From Poseidonia sp. (GTDB taxonomy: Archaea > Thermoplasmatota > Poseidoniia > Poseidoniales > Poseidoniaceae): a stretch of DNA of 64,000 bases. Numbering within the stretch: position 1 is the first letter of the stretch; each line of letters starts with the position of its first letter. Where the stretch lies: assembly GCA_030829545.1 (NCBI GenBank), contig JAURAI010000004.1:63433-127432 (forward strand), given 5' to 3'. The notes under the pieces were generated by a model. That model searched no databases. It had not been told where the DNA came from and saw only the letters and a list, made by a program, of their open reading frames with translations. Of the stretch, positions 33,898-44,489 are shown one piece after another. A program made the translations under genes and the position numbers.

Positions 33898-35643
33898 ATG
33901 GCAGGACCGTCCCAAGTGGAATTTCCCGGTAAAAAGAAACAGCGCGTGAAAATGCGAGGTACCAAACAAGCCAACGAAGCCACATCCAAGAAGTTGGCAA
34001 AACAACTCAAGCAATTTCAAGAAAATCCCCGCGGGCACCTACCGGCCATGTCCTTCGAGGGAAAAATGCGTTGGGGCAGGACCGACCCAGTTACCAAAAC
34101 CCTGCGCGACCTTGACCGAATTATCAAGAAAAAAGACGATGTGAAGTGGCTCTCCAAGCGAATGATGGCCAAGCGAGGAGACCCCGTTGCGAAGGCCTTT
34201 GCTGGATCATTGCACGCAACTCACGACGAGCAATTCACCCTGGTCGGGCAGTTCAAATCAACGTCCTTTGGTTCGGCGTCCTACATCCGAAGAGGTGACG
34301 GAAAGCCAGGATACCTCGCTGGTATTCAAAATTACAGCCATCTGACATTACGCATGCTGCCTTGGGAAGAGCACGCAAAGCGTGGCATGTACTTCTTCAG
34401 CTGGGACGGTGGTTTTGTGTGCACTGGCCCGAAACCAACCCCCCCGGAAGCATGGCTGGGTGACGTTCTCTCTCGCTCCCGATTTGCCCTTGAGAAATCC
34501 CGTGTCGACGACAACCTCATTTGGGCTACAGATGATGTCGACCAGACGCTCGCAATGCAGGGCCACCCCACCAAAGCAGGTTATGTGAAAATCAAATTTC
34601 ATCACGGGCCTGCCGTGTATCTCGGCCTCGATGCCATCGCTTCGTTCACAAAAAAGGACGCTCCGTTCATCCACCACCTCGCCCTCTCAATGCTTCCCCC
34701 ACTCTTGCCCTCCATCCTCACCGTTGAGGCCTATTGGGCTCCAGATGGATGGCCAACAGAGACGCCGCTGCCCGAAGCCTGTGTCGAAGGCATTGGCAGA
34801 ATTGTTGATGCTTGGCAGGGCTTGACGATGAACGAGGGAGTCGTTGCTTCAGCGATCAAACAAACCGTCCTTGAAGGCATTGATGAAGGATTACTGATCG
34901 GTGAAACATGGCTTGATGGCACTTCGTTTGATGCTATTCACGAGGCGTTGGCTGACGTGCCGGGTTCCAAAGATGAACAGGGGCTGACCGCCGAAATCCT
35001 TCGTCTCGCTCTTTTGGAGCCTACCGAAGAAACCCAGGCGCTTCGTATCGAGCCAAAGGGTGGTACTGAAGCCCGAGAAACCGGGTGCTTGCGAATCATG
35101 GCGGGAGTGACCTGCGGAGATATTCTCAATGCCTTGTGGGCAACCCACGGAGAGACGAGTTTGGCTTATGTTGGACTTGAGGGTGAAGATGCTCACGCCA
35201 TTTGGGAGGACCAACTCAACACTCCAAAGGCCTATGGAAAATTCTTGAAGGGGCTCGATAAGGCAAAAGCGCTTGCTCAACAGAAGTCTCGCTTCCCTGC
35301 AATGGAAGAAGCCGGAATTGCAACGAAGATGATTACCTCCTTCATCATCAAGGGATTGACCACTGGCATGGGAGGTGTCGAACGTCTGGCAACAGCTCGC
35401 CACAACAGCGTGGATGAATCAGCAGCAGCATGGGCCTGGCTCATGGCAGTGGGGCGTTCAAGGGGACAGGAGTGGCACTTTGACAACAATGCCCGGGATC
35501 GTGGTGGTGCTTGGTCCCAAGCAACGACTGCCTTGAATGAAATCGGGCAAGAATTACTCAAGGCAGAGACAGATGATGTCGCTTCACTTCAAGAAAAGTG
35601 GAACGAGGCGTTGAGTACGCTGCGAGCAACCACGGGCGAATGA
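33898..35643 (+). CDS. Hypothetical soluble protein
   Basis: 581-aa ORF with typical codon usage; no family recognised. Confidence 0.75.
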   Translation: MAGPSQVEFPGKKKQRVKMRGTKQANEATSKKLAKQLKQFQENPRGHLPAMSFEGKMRWGRTDPVTKTLRDLDRIIKKKDDVKWLSKRMMAKRGDPVAKAFAGSLHATHDEQFTLVGQFKSTSFGSASYIRRGDGKPGYLAGIQNYSHLTLRMLPWEEHAKRGMYFFSWDGGFVCTGPKPTPPEAWLGDVLSRSRFALEKSRVDDNLIWATDDVDQTLAMQGHPTKAGYVKIKFHHGPAVYLGLDAIASFTKKDAPFIHHLALSMLPPLLPSILTVEAYWAPDGWPTETPLPEACVEGIGRIVDAWQGLTMNEGVVASAIKQTVLEGIDEGLLIGETWLDGTSFDAIHEALADVPGSKDEQGLTAEILRLALLEPTEETQALRIEPKGGTEARETGCLRIMAGVTCGDILNALWATHGETSLAYVGLEGEDAHAIWEDQLNTPKAYGKFLKGLDKAKALAQQKSRFPAMEEAGIATKMITSFIIKGLTTGMGGVERLATARHNSVDESAAAWAWLMAVGRSRGQEWHFDNNARDRGGAWSQATTALNEIGQELLKAETDDVASLQEKWNEALSTLRATTGE

Positions 35644-35645
35644 AG

Positions 35646-36818
35646 TCAAGCCAAGGCTTGGGCGATATCGTGCCACAGGTCTTCAACGTCCTCAATTCCA
35701 ATGCTCAGTCGAACAAAGCCAGGTACAACGCCTGCAGCAACGCGGACGTCGTCTGGAACAAACATGTGGCTGGAATTGAACGGGCACTCAATCAATGATT
35801 CAACGCCGCCGAGGCTGGTCGCTTCGTAGATGATCTTGAGGCCGCGCATGAACTTCAAGGCCGCTTCATCCCCGCCTTTAACGACAAATGCTACCATGCC
35901 CGAACCTTTTGGCAAGGTTCGTTGGGCGACTTCGAAATCAGGGTGGCTCTCAAGGCTTGTATGATACACGCGCTCAATGGCGTCGTGTTGTTCCAACCGA
36001 CTGGCAAGCATTGCTGCATTTTCGCAAATACGTGGCATACGAACGTCAAGGGTACGCATGCCTCGTTCGAGAAGGTAGCAGGCGTGGGGGTCCGGGCTGC
36101 CACCAAAGTGGACCTTGCGCATGAAAATCTGGGCGATAAGGTCCTTGGGTCCAACGACGGCTCCCCCAATGATGTCCGAGTGGCCACCGAGGTATTTGGT
36201 CGTGGAATGAATGACCAGGTCTGCCCCAAGGGTCAGAGGTAGACAGCCCCACGGAGATGCGAAGGTATTGTCAATCAAAAGCAAGAGATTGTGGCGCTTG
36301 GCCACCTCCACCATAGCAAAAATATCACATACTTTTAGCACGGGGTTGGTCAACGTCTCGATGTAGAGCAATTTTGTATTGGGTTGAATGGCCGCTTCAT
36401 AGGATGCGGGGTCGCGCATGTCAGCCATGGTGGTTGAGATTCCAAAGCGCGGGAGTTCTTCGGTGAGAAGGCCGTAGGTGCCGCCGTAGACATCAGCGCT
36501 TGCGACCATGTGGTCGCCTTGGTTGAGAAGTGTGATCAAGGTGGTGGATATTGCGGCCATGCCTGAAGCAAATACCTCAGCATCTTCGCCATGTTCGAGT
36601 GCTATCAATTTTTGAGCAACTGCATCGGAATTGACGGTAGAAAGCCGTCCGTAGAGGAGTGTGTGTTGGGCGCCTGCAGCCCAACCAGCATAACGTTCAT
36701 CGGTCAGCTTGTAGGTTGAGGATTGAAAGATCGGTGTGTTCACAGCATCACCGATGTGCTGTGTGCCGCTGTGAACGGTATGTGTAGCGAAGCGGTGGTT
36801 CTTGTTCCCGTCTGACAT
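35646..36818 (-). CDS. Cys/Met metabolism PLP-dependent enzyme (cystathionine gamma-synthase/methionine gamma-lyase family)
   Basis: TPIFQSST, FASGMAAI, YGGT, DNTFASP, HSTTKYLGGHSD (PLP Lys), SLGGVESL, RLSIGIED. Confidence 0.93.
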   Translation of the reverse strand: MSDGNKNHRFATHTVHSGTQHIGDAVNTPIFQSSTYKLTDERYAGWAAGAQHTLLYGRLSTVNSDAVAQKLIALEHGEDAEVFASGMAAISTTLITLLNQGDHMVASADVYGGTYGLLTEELPRFGISTTMADMRDPASYEAAIQPNTKLLYIETLTNPVLKVCDIFAMVEVAKRHNLLLLIDNTFASPWGCLPLTLGADLVIHSTTKYLGGHSDIIGGAVVGPKDLIAQIFMRKVHFGGSPDPHACYLLERGMRTLDVRMPRICENAAMLASRLEQHDAIERVYHTSLESHPDFEVAQRTLPKGSGMVAFVVKGGDEAALKFMRGLKIIYEATSLGGVESLIECPFNSSHMFVPDDVRVAAGVVPGFVRLSIGIEDVEDLWHDIAQALA

Positions 36819-36853
36819 GTTACCCAACGCCCCTACCAAATCCAGCCGCTCTT

Positions 36854-37837
36854 TCAATGGTTCTGCTCATTTTCTTGCTCAGTTTTGAACGATTCTTGCG
36901 GCGTGGTCAATTCAACCATGATGTTCCCGGCAAGAAGAATGCCGCCTCCGAGCGGTATCCAGAGCGTCCAAGTGACGAGGTCCAAGCCAAGGCCAAAGAT
37001 GGTTGCCCATACGGGCTCAAAGGCATAGATGATGGCCGCTTGAACGGGATGCATGTGTCGCTGGAAAAGATTCAGGGCGAGAAGGCAGAAGAACGAACCT
37101 CCAACCCCAAGTAAGAACAAAGGCAACAACACGCCCTCGCGGGAAAGGATGTCGCCTGCCATGGCAGGGAGCGATGGCGTCGATAAGAGTGCCAGCAAAA
37201 GACAGCCTACTGTGATGAAAACAAAGGAAGTGGACGTCAATCCAATGGGGTCAAAGCGCTGGGTAAAGTGTTGGGTGAATACGATATGAAGTGCGAAGAA
37301 GAAGGCTGAAAACACGGTGGTGAGTTCTCCCCACCCCCATGAAAGATGAGGGGGTCCTTCGATGAACCCTGCTCCAAATGTTGCCATCAAAACGCCCCAA
37401 TAGAGCGCTCTACGAGGAGGGTGCTCTGCCATTCGGACGGTCAACAACGCCGTCATAACGACGTAGAGTGATGTGAGGAAGGCTGATGTTGATGGGTTGA
37501 TATCGTCCAATGCCACCATTTGGGTGACGAAGCCGACCAGCATCAAGCCCCCCAGTATACTGCCGCCCTTCCACATGACTCTGGTTCGCAAGCCTTGCCT
37601 TGCTTGTGAAAAGAAAAGCAGCACCAGCACCATCGCTATGAAGAAGCGCACAGCGACAAGAAAGGCGACCACGGGAAAGGTCCCGTAATCTGCTATTTCG
37701 GGCTGAAGGGCGTTGAGCGCTTGTTTCATCCAGATGAAGGTAGCACCCCAAACCAGCGTAACACTCAGCAAAACAAGCGCCGCTTTACGGCGTTGTGGAT
37801 GGTGGTCAACACCTCCTTGCTGCACGACTCCATCCAT
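36854..37837 (-). CDS. DMT/EamA family transporter
   Basis: VWGATF, RF, SAFLTSL, EPVWA; about ten TM segments in two repeats. Confidence 0.9.
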   Translation of the reverse strand: MDGVVQQGGVDHHPQRRKAALVLLSVTLVWGATFIWMKQALNALQPEIADYGTFPVVAFLVAVRFFIAMVLVLLFFSQARQGLRTRVMWKGGSILGGLMLVGFVTQMVALDDINPSTSAFLTSLYVVMTALLTVRMAEHPPRRALYWGVLMATFGAGFIEGPPHLSWGWGELTTVFSAFFFALHIVFTQHFTQRFDPIGLTSTSFVFITVGCLLLALLSTPSLPAMAGDILSREGVLLPLFLLGVGGSFFCLLALNLFQRHMHPVQAAIIYAFEPVWATIFGLGLDLVTWTLWIPLGGGILLAGNIMVELTTPQESFKTEQENEQNH

Positions 37838-37929
37838 GGTACGACCAATGGCCGAGGGGTCATGAGTGTGGCGGTAAATCATCGTCACGAAAGCATATCC
37901 TCAAAGGGTGCCCCCTCTCAATTCCTGTC

Positions 37930-39309
37930 ATGGGCGCACCGAGAACAGGAGACGATGTTTCTTGGAAGCAACCCATTGACTCTGGAGAAACCCCTGACGC
38001 AGGTGGCACCTACGATGCCATTGTCGTTGGTGGCGGGCCCGGTGGGTCGTCTGCTGCTGGATACCTTGCCATGGAAGGAAAGCGAGTTCTGCTGATCGAG
38101 AAAGAAACGTGGCCGCGCGACAAAATCTGTGGTGATGCGGTTGGTGGAAAATCTCTGAGCCACGTCAAGCGATTGGGCGTAAAAGAACATCTCGAATCGA
38201 CCCCTCACTTCCGTGTGACTGGGATTCTGTTTTCTTCCCCAAAAGGCCACAGCGTTCGGGTCGCACTTCCTGAAGAAGATGTAGCGCGCCTTGAAGCGGG
38301 TTATTCCCTTCCTCGTCAGCAATTTGACCACATTCTCTTCAACCAAGTTCAGACCTTGGTGAGGGATGCTGGGGGCGCCATCATTCAAGGTGGTGACGTT
38401 CGCGATGTCCTCTACGACGACGGGCATGGCGGGGCTGACCCCGGTGAAGGGTCTCAATCAGCACGGCACGCCAAAGGCATCGTTGTTCGCATCGGTGGGC
38501 GAAAAGGCGAGGAGCGCACCTACTACGCTTCCAATATCATTGGGGCTGCTGGATATCGGTGCCCTGTCGCCAAGTCAATGGTTGAAGAGACCTACGGCGA
38601 GGAGATGGTGGACCGGGATCATTATTGCGCCGGATACCGAGAATATTGGCGAGGCGTCAAAGGGTGTGAGGCCAATGTCGGCGACATTGAAATTCACTTT
38701 GTCGACACCGTCATCCCCGGTTATTTTTGGCTCTTCCCAGTATCTGAAGGCGTGGTTAACGTCGGCATTGGCATGGTGATGTCTCTGCTTGACAAGCAGA
38801 AGAAGAAACTCAAATTGCTTCAGCATGAAGTCATTCATGAACATCCACTCTTCAAAGATCGATTTGCTGATGCCAGCATGATCCCCGGGACCGGTAAGGG
38901 GTGGCAGCTCCCCTTTGGTTCTCCTCGCAAAAAGGCATCCAATCAACCGCGCCGCTCATCTGCAAACGGGGTATTCCTTGTGGGCGACGCCGCATCGTTG
39001 GTTGACCCCTTCAGTGGCGAGGGAGTGGGCAACGCACTGGTAAGCGGGGAAATGGCCGCAGACCACATTCTCAACGGTAAGACCCCCGATGCGTATCAGG
39101 ATGCTCTTTGGGCAGCACTCGGCCCCGAGTTGACCAATTCCTTCCGAATGCAAAAGATGAGTCGGCGTGCCTGGTTGCTCAACTGGTTTGTTGGAAAGGC
39201 CTCAAAGAAACCTGCCATTCAGGAGATGATGACTGAGATGATTGCAAGCAAGGAAGCGCAGGAAAATCTCCATTCACCGTGGTTCATGTTCAAGACCTTG
39301 ATGTTCTGA
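37930..39309 (+). CDS. Geranylgeranyl reductase-family flavoprotein
   Basis: VVGGGPGGS, PRDKICGD, PGYFWLFP, NVGIG, LVGDAA.LVDPFSGEG. Confidence 0.9.
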   Translation: MGAPRTGDDVSWKQPIDSGETPDAGGTYDAIVVGGGPGGSSAAGYLAMEGKRVLLIEKETWPRDKICGDAVGGKSLSHVKRLGVKEHLESTPHFRVTGILFSSPKGHSVRVALPEEDVARLEAGYSLPRQQFDHILFNQVQTLVRDAGGAIIQGGDVRDVLYDDGHGGADPGEGSQSARHAKGIVVRIGGRKGEERTYYASNIIGAAGYRCPVAKSMVEETYGEEMVDRDHYCAGYREYWRGVKGCEANVGDIEIHFVDTVIPGYFWLFPVSEGVVNVGIGMVMSLLDKQKKKLKLLQHEVIHEHPLFKDRFADASMIPGTGKGWQLPFGSPRKKASNQPRRSSANGVFLVGDAASLVDPFSGEGVGNALVSGEMAADHILNGKTPDAYQDALWAALGPELTNSFRMQKMSRRAWLLNWFVGKASKKPAIQEMMTEMIASKEAQENLHSPWFMFKTLMF

Positions 39310-39315
39310 GGGGAT

Positions 39316-40107
39316 ATGATGGATGCAAAACTCACCGATATTGACGCTGTATTCCTTGATTTGGACGGCACCATCTACCTCGGCGGAGAATTGATTGACG
39401 GTGCCAAGGCCTTCCTTGACCGATGTCAGGAGCAGGGAGTTCAGCGTTTTTTCCTCTCGAATAATTCTTCAAAGTCGGTTGAGCAGTACCTCGTGAAGTT
39501 ACAACACCTGGGGCTTCCAGCATCCGAAGACGATGTACTTCTTTCAACCCATGATTTGCTTTCATGGCTGGCTAAAAACGAGATATCTGAGACCTGGTTG
39601 GTAGGCACAGAAGGTATGCGTTCCATGTTGGAAGCGGCGGGCATTTCTACCGTGAGTGAGCGCCCGCAATATGTTGTACTGGGCTACGATACGGAATTAA
39701 CCTACGATAAAATCGCACAGGCAAGCATCCACATGCATGCTGGTGTACCTTTGGTGGCAAGCCACCCCGATATGGTCTGCCCGAGTCCAGACGGAGGATT
39801 GCCTGATGTCGGTGCCTATCTTGCCATGTTTAAAGCCACGACTGGGGTTGACCCGATACACATCACGGGAAAGCCCAACCCGGGCATGATTCTTCACAAA
39901 ATCGAAGCTTTGGGCCTTGAACCTGCTCGTTGTGCAATGGTCGGAGATCGTCTTTACACCGACATGGCCATGGCTTCTCGAGCAGGTGTTGTAGGTGTTC
40001 TCGTCCTCTCTGGTGAAGCAACCCAAGCCGATGTTGATGTGTTGCCTCAGGGAGCGGAGCAACGTCCAACCATCATCGTCAACAGTGTCGATGAATTGCT
40101 GCGGTGA
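39316..40107 (+). CDS. HAD-IIA (NagD-like) phosphatase
   Basis: FLDLDGTIY, LSNNSS, GKP, MVGDRLYTD, VLSG. Confidence 0.93.
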   Translation: MMDAKLTDIDAVFLDLDGTIYLGGELIDGAKAFLDRCQEQGVQRFFLSNNSSKSVEQYLVKLQHLGLPASEDDVLLSTHDLLSWLAKNEISETWLVGTEGMRSMLEAAGISTVSERPQYVVLGYDTELTYDKIAQASIHMHAGVPLVASHPDMVCPSPDGGLPDVGAYLAMFKATTGVDPIHITGKPNPGMILHKIEALGLEPARCAMVGDRLYTDMAMASRAGVVGVLVLSGEATQADVDVLPQGAEQRPTIIVNSVDELLR

Positions 40108-40111
40108 CGTC

Positions 40112-41014
40112 ATGAAGTTGTCTGCACGCTGGTCTTGGTGGCGAGAACGGCGGCGGGTACACCCGCCCGATGATATCCATCGAGCCGGCGAAATGGCAGA
40201 ACAGCGGTTGGCCAGGATTTCCCGTGCTGCAGGGAAGGAGAACGGGTGGCACGTGTTTGAATCGGTCCGTATTCCAGACGAAGAGCAGGGTGGGAAGCGT
40301 GAAATTGACCTTGTCATCGTAGGGGGAAACAGTCTTTTGGTCGTTGAACAAAAGCATTGGTCAGGCACCTTTGTCATCAACGCTGAAGAAGAATTCATCC
40401 AACAGCGGAAAAACGGAAGCAGTCACAACCACAGCACGGTCAATCAACGCATCACGAGGAAATCGCGCATGCTCATCGCCATGCATCGCGAACGTGTTGG
40501 CAACGATGACGATGTTGACGTGCGGGTTATTCTTGCATTCACAAATCGGAATCTGGACTGGCCGCAGAACGTCCATCTGCTCAGCAGCATCATCAAGGAC
40601 GAGCGTGGGTTCATCTCGATGCTTGAGGAGGAGCAACCCGGAGCGTTGAACGAAGCGCTGCTTGAGACGGTCGACGGTTTTGGAACATGGGATGAAGTCG
40701 AATTGAATGGTGGCTTGATGTGCAAGGGCGACGTCCTTGACCTTGGTTTAGGAGAGGCGGTGCAGCAATGGCAGGCAGGTCGAACTCTCCCCTTATTGGC
40801 GGAGGTTAACCACAACAACGGCTTCTTCTCTTTCTTTGCCTCGTCCCCAAGTTCTGTTGAGTTAACCCACGGCACTCAACACCTCCAAGCGACCTTGCCT
40901 CACGGAGCGGTGTTGCGCATGCATGTTGTTGGACGGAAGGCACCCGAAAACATTCCTTGGTCGACGATTTCCTCCATCCATCTCTCCAAGCCTCCGCGCC
41001 ACGAAAAAGAGTGA
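40112..41014 (+). CDS. NERD (nuclease-related domain) protein
   Basis: G..AE, REIDLVIV, LVVEQKHWSG: PD-(D/E)xK/NERD pattern. Confidence 0.8.
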   Translation: MKLSARWSWWRERRRVHPPDDIHRAGEMAEQRLARISRAAGKENGWHVFESVRIPDEEQGGKREIDLVIVGGNSLLVVEQKHWSGTFVINAEEEFIQQRKNGSSHNHSTVNQRITRKSRMLIAMHRERVGNDDDVDVRVILAFTNRNLDWPQNVHLLSSIIKDERGFISMLEEEQPGALNEALLETVDGFGTWDEVELNGGLMCKGDVLDLGLGEAVQQWQAGRTLPLLAEVNHNNGFFSFFASSPSSVELTHGTQHLQATLPHGAVLRMHVVGRKAPENIPWSTISSIHLSKPPRHEKE

Positions 41015-41107
41015 TTAGTTTGGCGCTCTCTTGCGTTCAACCCCGTCATTCCATGCAGGCAATCAAACCAACATATGAAAAGTCAATTCCGCTTGGAAGG
41101 AAACTGT

Positions 41108-43855
41108 ATGAACAAGCAAGTTGCAATTTCCGTGCTCATCGTTCTCCTCCTTTCGCTTCCATCCTACGCAACCGCTGAGGGTGAATCCGACCCCGTTGAG
41201 AAATTCGGTGTCGGCTTCAATGAAGTCGTTATTGCCGATGCTTCTGACGCTCTTTCCAGCCCTCGGGACCTGGAATTCCATCCCGGGCGAACCAACGAAC
41301 TCTGGATTGCTAACAAGGGAACAGATAGCATGACCATCGTTGAAAATACGGGCCTTGCCAATCAAACTTCGCAGAATCGCGAAGACTCCAACAGCAACCA
41401 TTTCCTCGAAGAAGTGAGTGCCATCGCCTTTGGCGCCTATGACGATGAATTTGATTGGATGTGGGGTTCAGCCCAAGAATCTGCCAACACCTATTGTGGC
41501 CAAGGGACTCCGAACTATTTCATGGGGCCCGCGCTTTGGCCATCTTCCTTGGCTCACTATGCTGTTGAAAACCAAAACAACGGCAATGGCCTGCTCGGAA
41601 GCCATATTGACATGCTCCACGAATCTCCGTACGGGGTTGGAATTGCTCACGATTATGATAACGTCTACTGGTACAACGACGGATATTATGGAGAACTGGT
41701 CCGTTATGATTTCAAAGAGGACCACGATACGGGACAAGACGACCATTCGGACGGCGTAGTCCACCGATATTCGGAAATCCAATTGTCGCACTTCTCTGGC
41801 AAACCAAGTCACATGATCATGGACAAAGATTCTGGAATTCTTTACATCGCAGATGCTGGTGCCAACCGTATCGTTTGGGTCAACACCGACGACCCCTCCA
41901 CCAACAAAGTGAACATCATGAACGATGCATCACGACTTGAACCTCTGGCAGAGTATTCAGAAATCACCGGGGTGGAATGGGGAGTCCTCGCCACTGGCCT
42001 CAACATCCCTTCAGGCATTGCTCTGGCTGATGGTCAGTTGTTCATCTCTGAAAACGGCAACGGGAAAATCGCCGCTTACGAACTTGCTGCAGATGGAAAA
42101 AGCGCTACCTTCCTCGATAAGATTCAAACGACTGCAACCTCCATCATGGGTCTTGAAATCGGTCCACAAGGACACCTTTACTACGTTGACAATGCCCAAA
42201 ACGAAGTGGTACGAATCGACCCTTACGAGGACGATGATGGCGATGGGGTTGGCAACGAAGTTGACAATTGTCCAACCGTACCAAATGCACTGCAGCTCAA
42301 CCGCGACGGAGATGCATACGGTGACGCATGCGACGATGATGACGATAACGATGGCGTTCTTGACCTCGACGATGATTGTGCCATCGGGCACACCAATTGG
42401 ACTGCTTCAATCTCGACCGACCATGACGGGGACGGTTGCCATGATGCTGCTGAGGACGAAGATGACGATAACGATGGGCTCAACGATCAAGTTGACTTGT
42501 GCGGACTCGGCGCCATCGGATGGCAATCCTCCGCATCTACCGATTATGACGGAGATGGATGCGAGGATGCTGGTGAAGACGTTGACGATGACAACGACCG
42601 CATCTGTGATGCAAGTGACTTGGATGATGTATGGGCGTGCACCGTTTCGTCTGCGGAGATTGATCTCTGTCCAATGAGTCCTCTTTCCTTTACGTCTTAT
42701 GCAGGCAATGACATCGACCGAGACGGTTGTGAAGATGCTGGAGAAGACCTTGACGATGACAATGACGGTACCATGGATGACGTGGATGATTGTCCGCTCG
42801 TCCCCGGAACAAGTTCATTGGGAGACGACTTGGGTTGCACCGACTTTGACAACGATGGTTATAGTGACTCGACAGATGAATTCCCCACCGAGCCTACTCA
42901 GTGGTTCGATGCTGATGAAGACGGTTACGGAGACAACCCCGGCGGTCTTGAGGGTGACTCGTGCACTCAAACTGCTGGGACTTCCACTGCTGACCGCTTC
43001 GGTTGCCTCGATGCCGACGCTGACGGCTGGTCGGACCTCAACGATGCATTTCCAACCCTCAATTCTCAATACGCCGACGCTGACGGAGATGGTTTCGGAG
43101 ACTCCATGACCGGTTTCCAGGCAGACGCATGTCCAGCGGTCGCCGGCAGCTCCACAGAAGACCGCTTCGGTTGCGCTGATGCTGATGCAGACGGTTGGTC
43201 AGACCTCAACGATGCCTTCCCTAATGAAGCGACACAATACGAAGACGCCGATGGCGATGGCTACGGCGAGAATGCGGACGGTGTCATGCCAGATAGTTGC
43301 CCTGGCCTCTACGGGCTTTCTTCGCAGCAGAGTTTTGGATGTCCTGACTCAGACGGAGACGGTTGGGAAAACCGCCTCGATGCCTATGACGATGCCCCCT
43401 TGCTCTGGTCGGACAATGACGGAGACGGCTATGCCGACCAACCTGGAACCAATCTCTCCGACGATTGCCCCGAAGAATTTGGAACGTCTTTTGAAGATCG
43501 GAAAGGATGCTTGGATGGCGACGGAGACGGATGGTCAAACGACGCTGACGTTTATCCCATGGACGCATCGAAACATCTCGAAGAAGAAAATGACGTTGGT
43601 AACATGCTCCTCTATGTCGGCCTTCCCCTCTTGCTCATGTTGGTTGGAGTTCTCCTCTTCTTTGGACGAAAGCGATCCTCCCAGCCAATTGGATTTGATA
43701 CAACTCCCAAGGATGTGCCTGCTACGGCCCCCATGGCCCCAATTCAGCCCCAGGTGCAACCTGCAATGCCTCCGCTGCCTGCAGAAGGTCTGCCGGCCGG
43801 GTGGAGCATGGAACAGTGGGCCTACTATGGTGAAGAATACCTCAAGAACCGATAA
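41108..43855 (+). CDS. Surface protein: signal peptide, beta-propeller, thrombospondin type-3-like Ca-binding repeats, TM, short cytoplasmic motif
   Basis: PRDLEF/PYGVGIA/PSGIAL blades; many DxDGDG..D..D.CP repeats at about 42230-43570; TM followed by RKR. Confidence 0.88.
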   Translation: MNKQVAISVLIVLLLSLPSYATAEGESDPVEKFGVGFNEVVIADASDALSSPRDLEFHPGRTNELWIANKGTDSMTIVENTGLANQTSQNREDSNSNHFLEEVSAIAFGAYDDEFDWMWGSAQESANTYCGQGTPNYFMGPALWPSSLAHYAVENQNNGNGLLGSHIDMLHESPYGVGIAHDYDNVYWYNDGYYGELVRYDFKEDHDTGQDDHSDGVVHRYSEIQLSHFSGKPSHMIMDKDSGILYIADAGANRIVWVNTDDPSTNKVNIMNDASRLEPLAEYSEITGVEWGVLATGLNIPSGIALADGQLFISENGNGKIAAYELAADGKSATFLDKIQTTATSIMGLEIGPQGHLYYVDNAQNEVVRIDPYEDDDGDGVGNEVDNCPTVPNALQLNRDGDAYGDACDDDDDNDGVLDLDDDCAIGHTNWTASISTDHDGDGCHDAAEDEDDDNDGLNDQVDLCGLGAIGWQSSASTDYDGDGCEDAGEDVDDDNDRICDASDLDDVWACTVSSAEIDLCPMSPLSFTSYAGNDIDRDGCEDAGEDLDDDNDGTMDDVDDCPLVPGTSSLGDDLGCTDFDNDGYSDSTDEFPTEPTQWFDADEDGYGDNPGGLEGDSCTQTAGTSTADRFGCLDADADGWSDLNDAFPTLNSQYADADGDGFGDSMTGFQADACPAVAGSSTEDRFGCADADADGWSDLNDAFPNEATQYEDADGDGYGENADGVMPDSCPGLYGLSSQQSFGCPDSDGDGWENRLDAYDDAPLLWSDNDGDGYADQPGTNLSDDCPEEFGTSFEDRKGCLDGDGDGWSNDADVYPMDASKHLEEENDVGNMLLYVGLPLLLMLVGVLLFFGRKRSSQPIGFDTTPKDVPATAPMAPIQPQVQPAMPPLPAEGLPAGWSMEQWAYYGEEYLKNR

Positions 43856-43980
43856 CTGAAGTTGCTTCTGCTGTCTCAGTTTCATCGTTCCACTCATTCT
43901 TGGCCGCATGTCATCGCAGACGATGGATTCTGCCCATCATGTTCAGTTCAACGATTCCTGAACCTGACCGTCGACGATGT

Positions 43981-44379
43981 TCACGGGCGGTGTTGATGCA
44001 AGACGTTCCTCAGCGATGGTGCAATAATCAGCAGACAGGTCAACACCCAACCATCAGGTTGGTCGGGGTCGCGGGATTGGCGAGGGTCGAGTTCGTCGCC
44101 GCGTTCTGGGCAGGCATGGAAGATGAGTTCGGGCACGTGTTGGCGGCGGAAGTCAACGATGTCTTGGGGTGTGCCTTCAAGCTCCAGCATTTCGTGGTCA
44201 CGAGCGGCTTCCAGTCCACGGGTTTCCAGTTGGTCGCGAATCTTGACCTTCTGGTCGTCTTTGCCTTCGTCGTGGAGGTTGTTTTCGAGTTTGACGATGA
44301 GTTCGACGGTCTTGCCGAGACGGTTCATGATGAGTTTCTGAGCACGGAAGGCTTCCACCTTGGCGAAGGGTGTCGCCAT
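43981..44379 (-). CDS. Hypothetical protein (132 aa)
   Basis: MATPFAKVE...; strong C-ending codon bias supports this strand over the antisense 43900-44499 ORF. Confidence 0.65.
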   Translation of the reverse strand: MATPFAKVEAFRAQKLIMNRLGKTVELIVKLENNLHDEGKDDQKVKIRDQLETRGLEAARDHEMLELEGTPQDIVDFRRQHVPELIFHACPERGDELDPRQSRDPDQPDGWVLTCLLIIAPSLRNVLHQHRP

Positions 44380-44489
44380 GACCACGGTGACGCCCAGTGC
44401 AAGCGGAGGCCCCGTTATGTTCCTATACACTCACGACGGTGCCGACATTCTGCATCGAGTGAAATAAGCACGACGGCTGTTACGAGACT

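Noticed and set aside
42230..43570. DNA-level repeats as a mobile or contingency locus
   Set aside because: Degenerate coding repeats explained by TSP3-like DxDxDG protein motifs.
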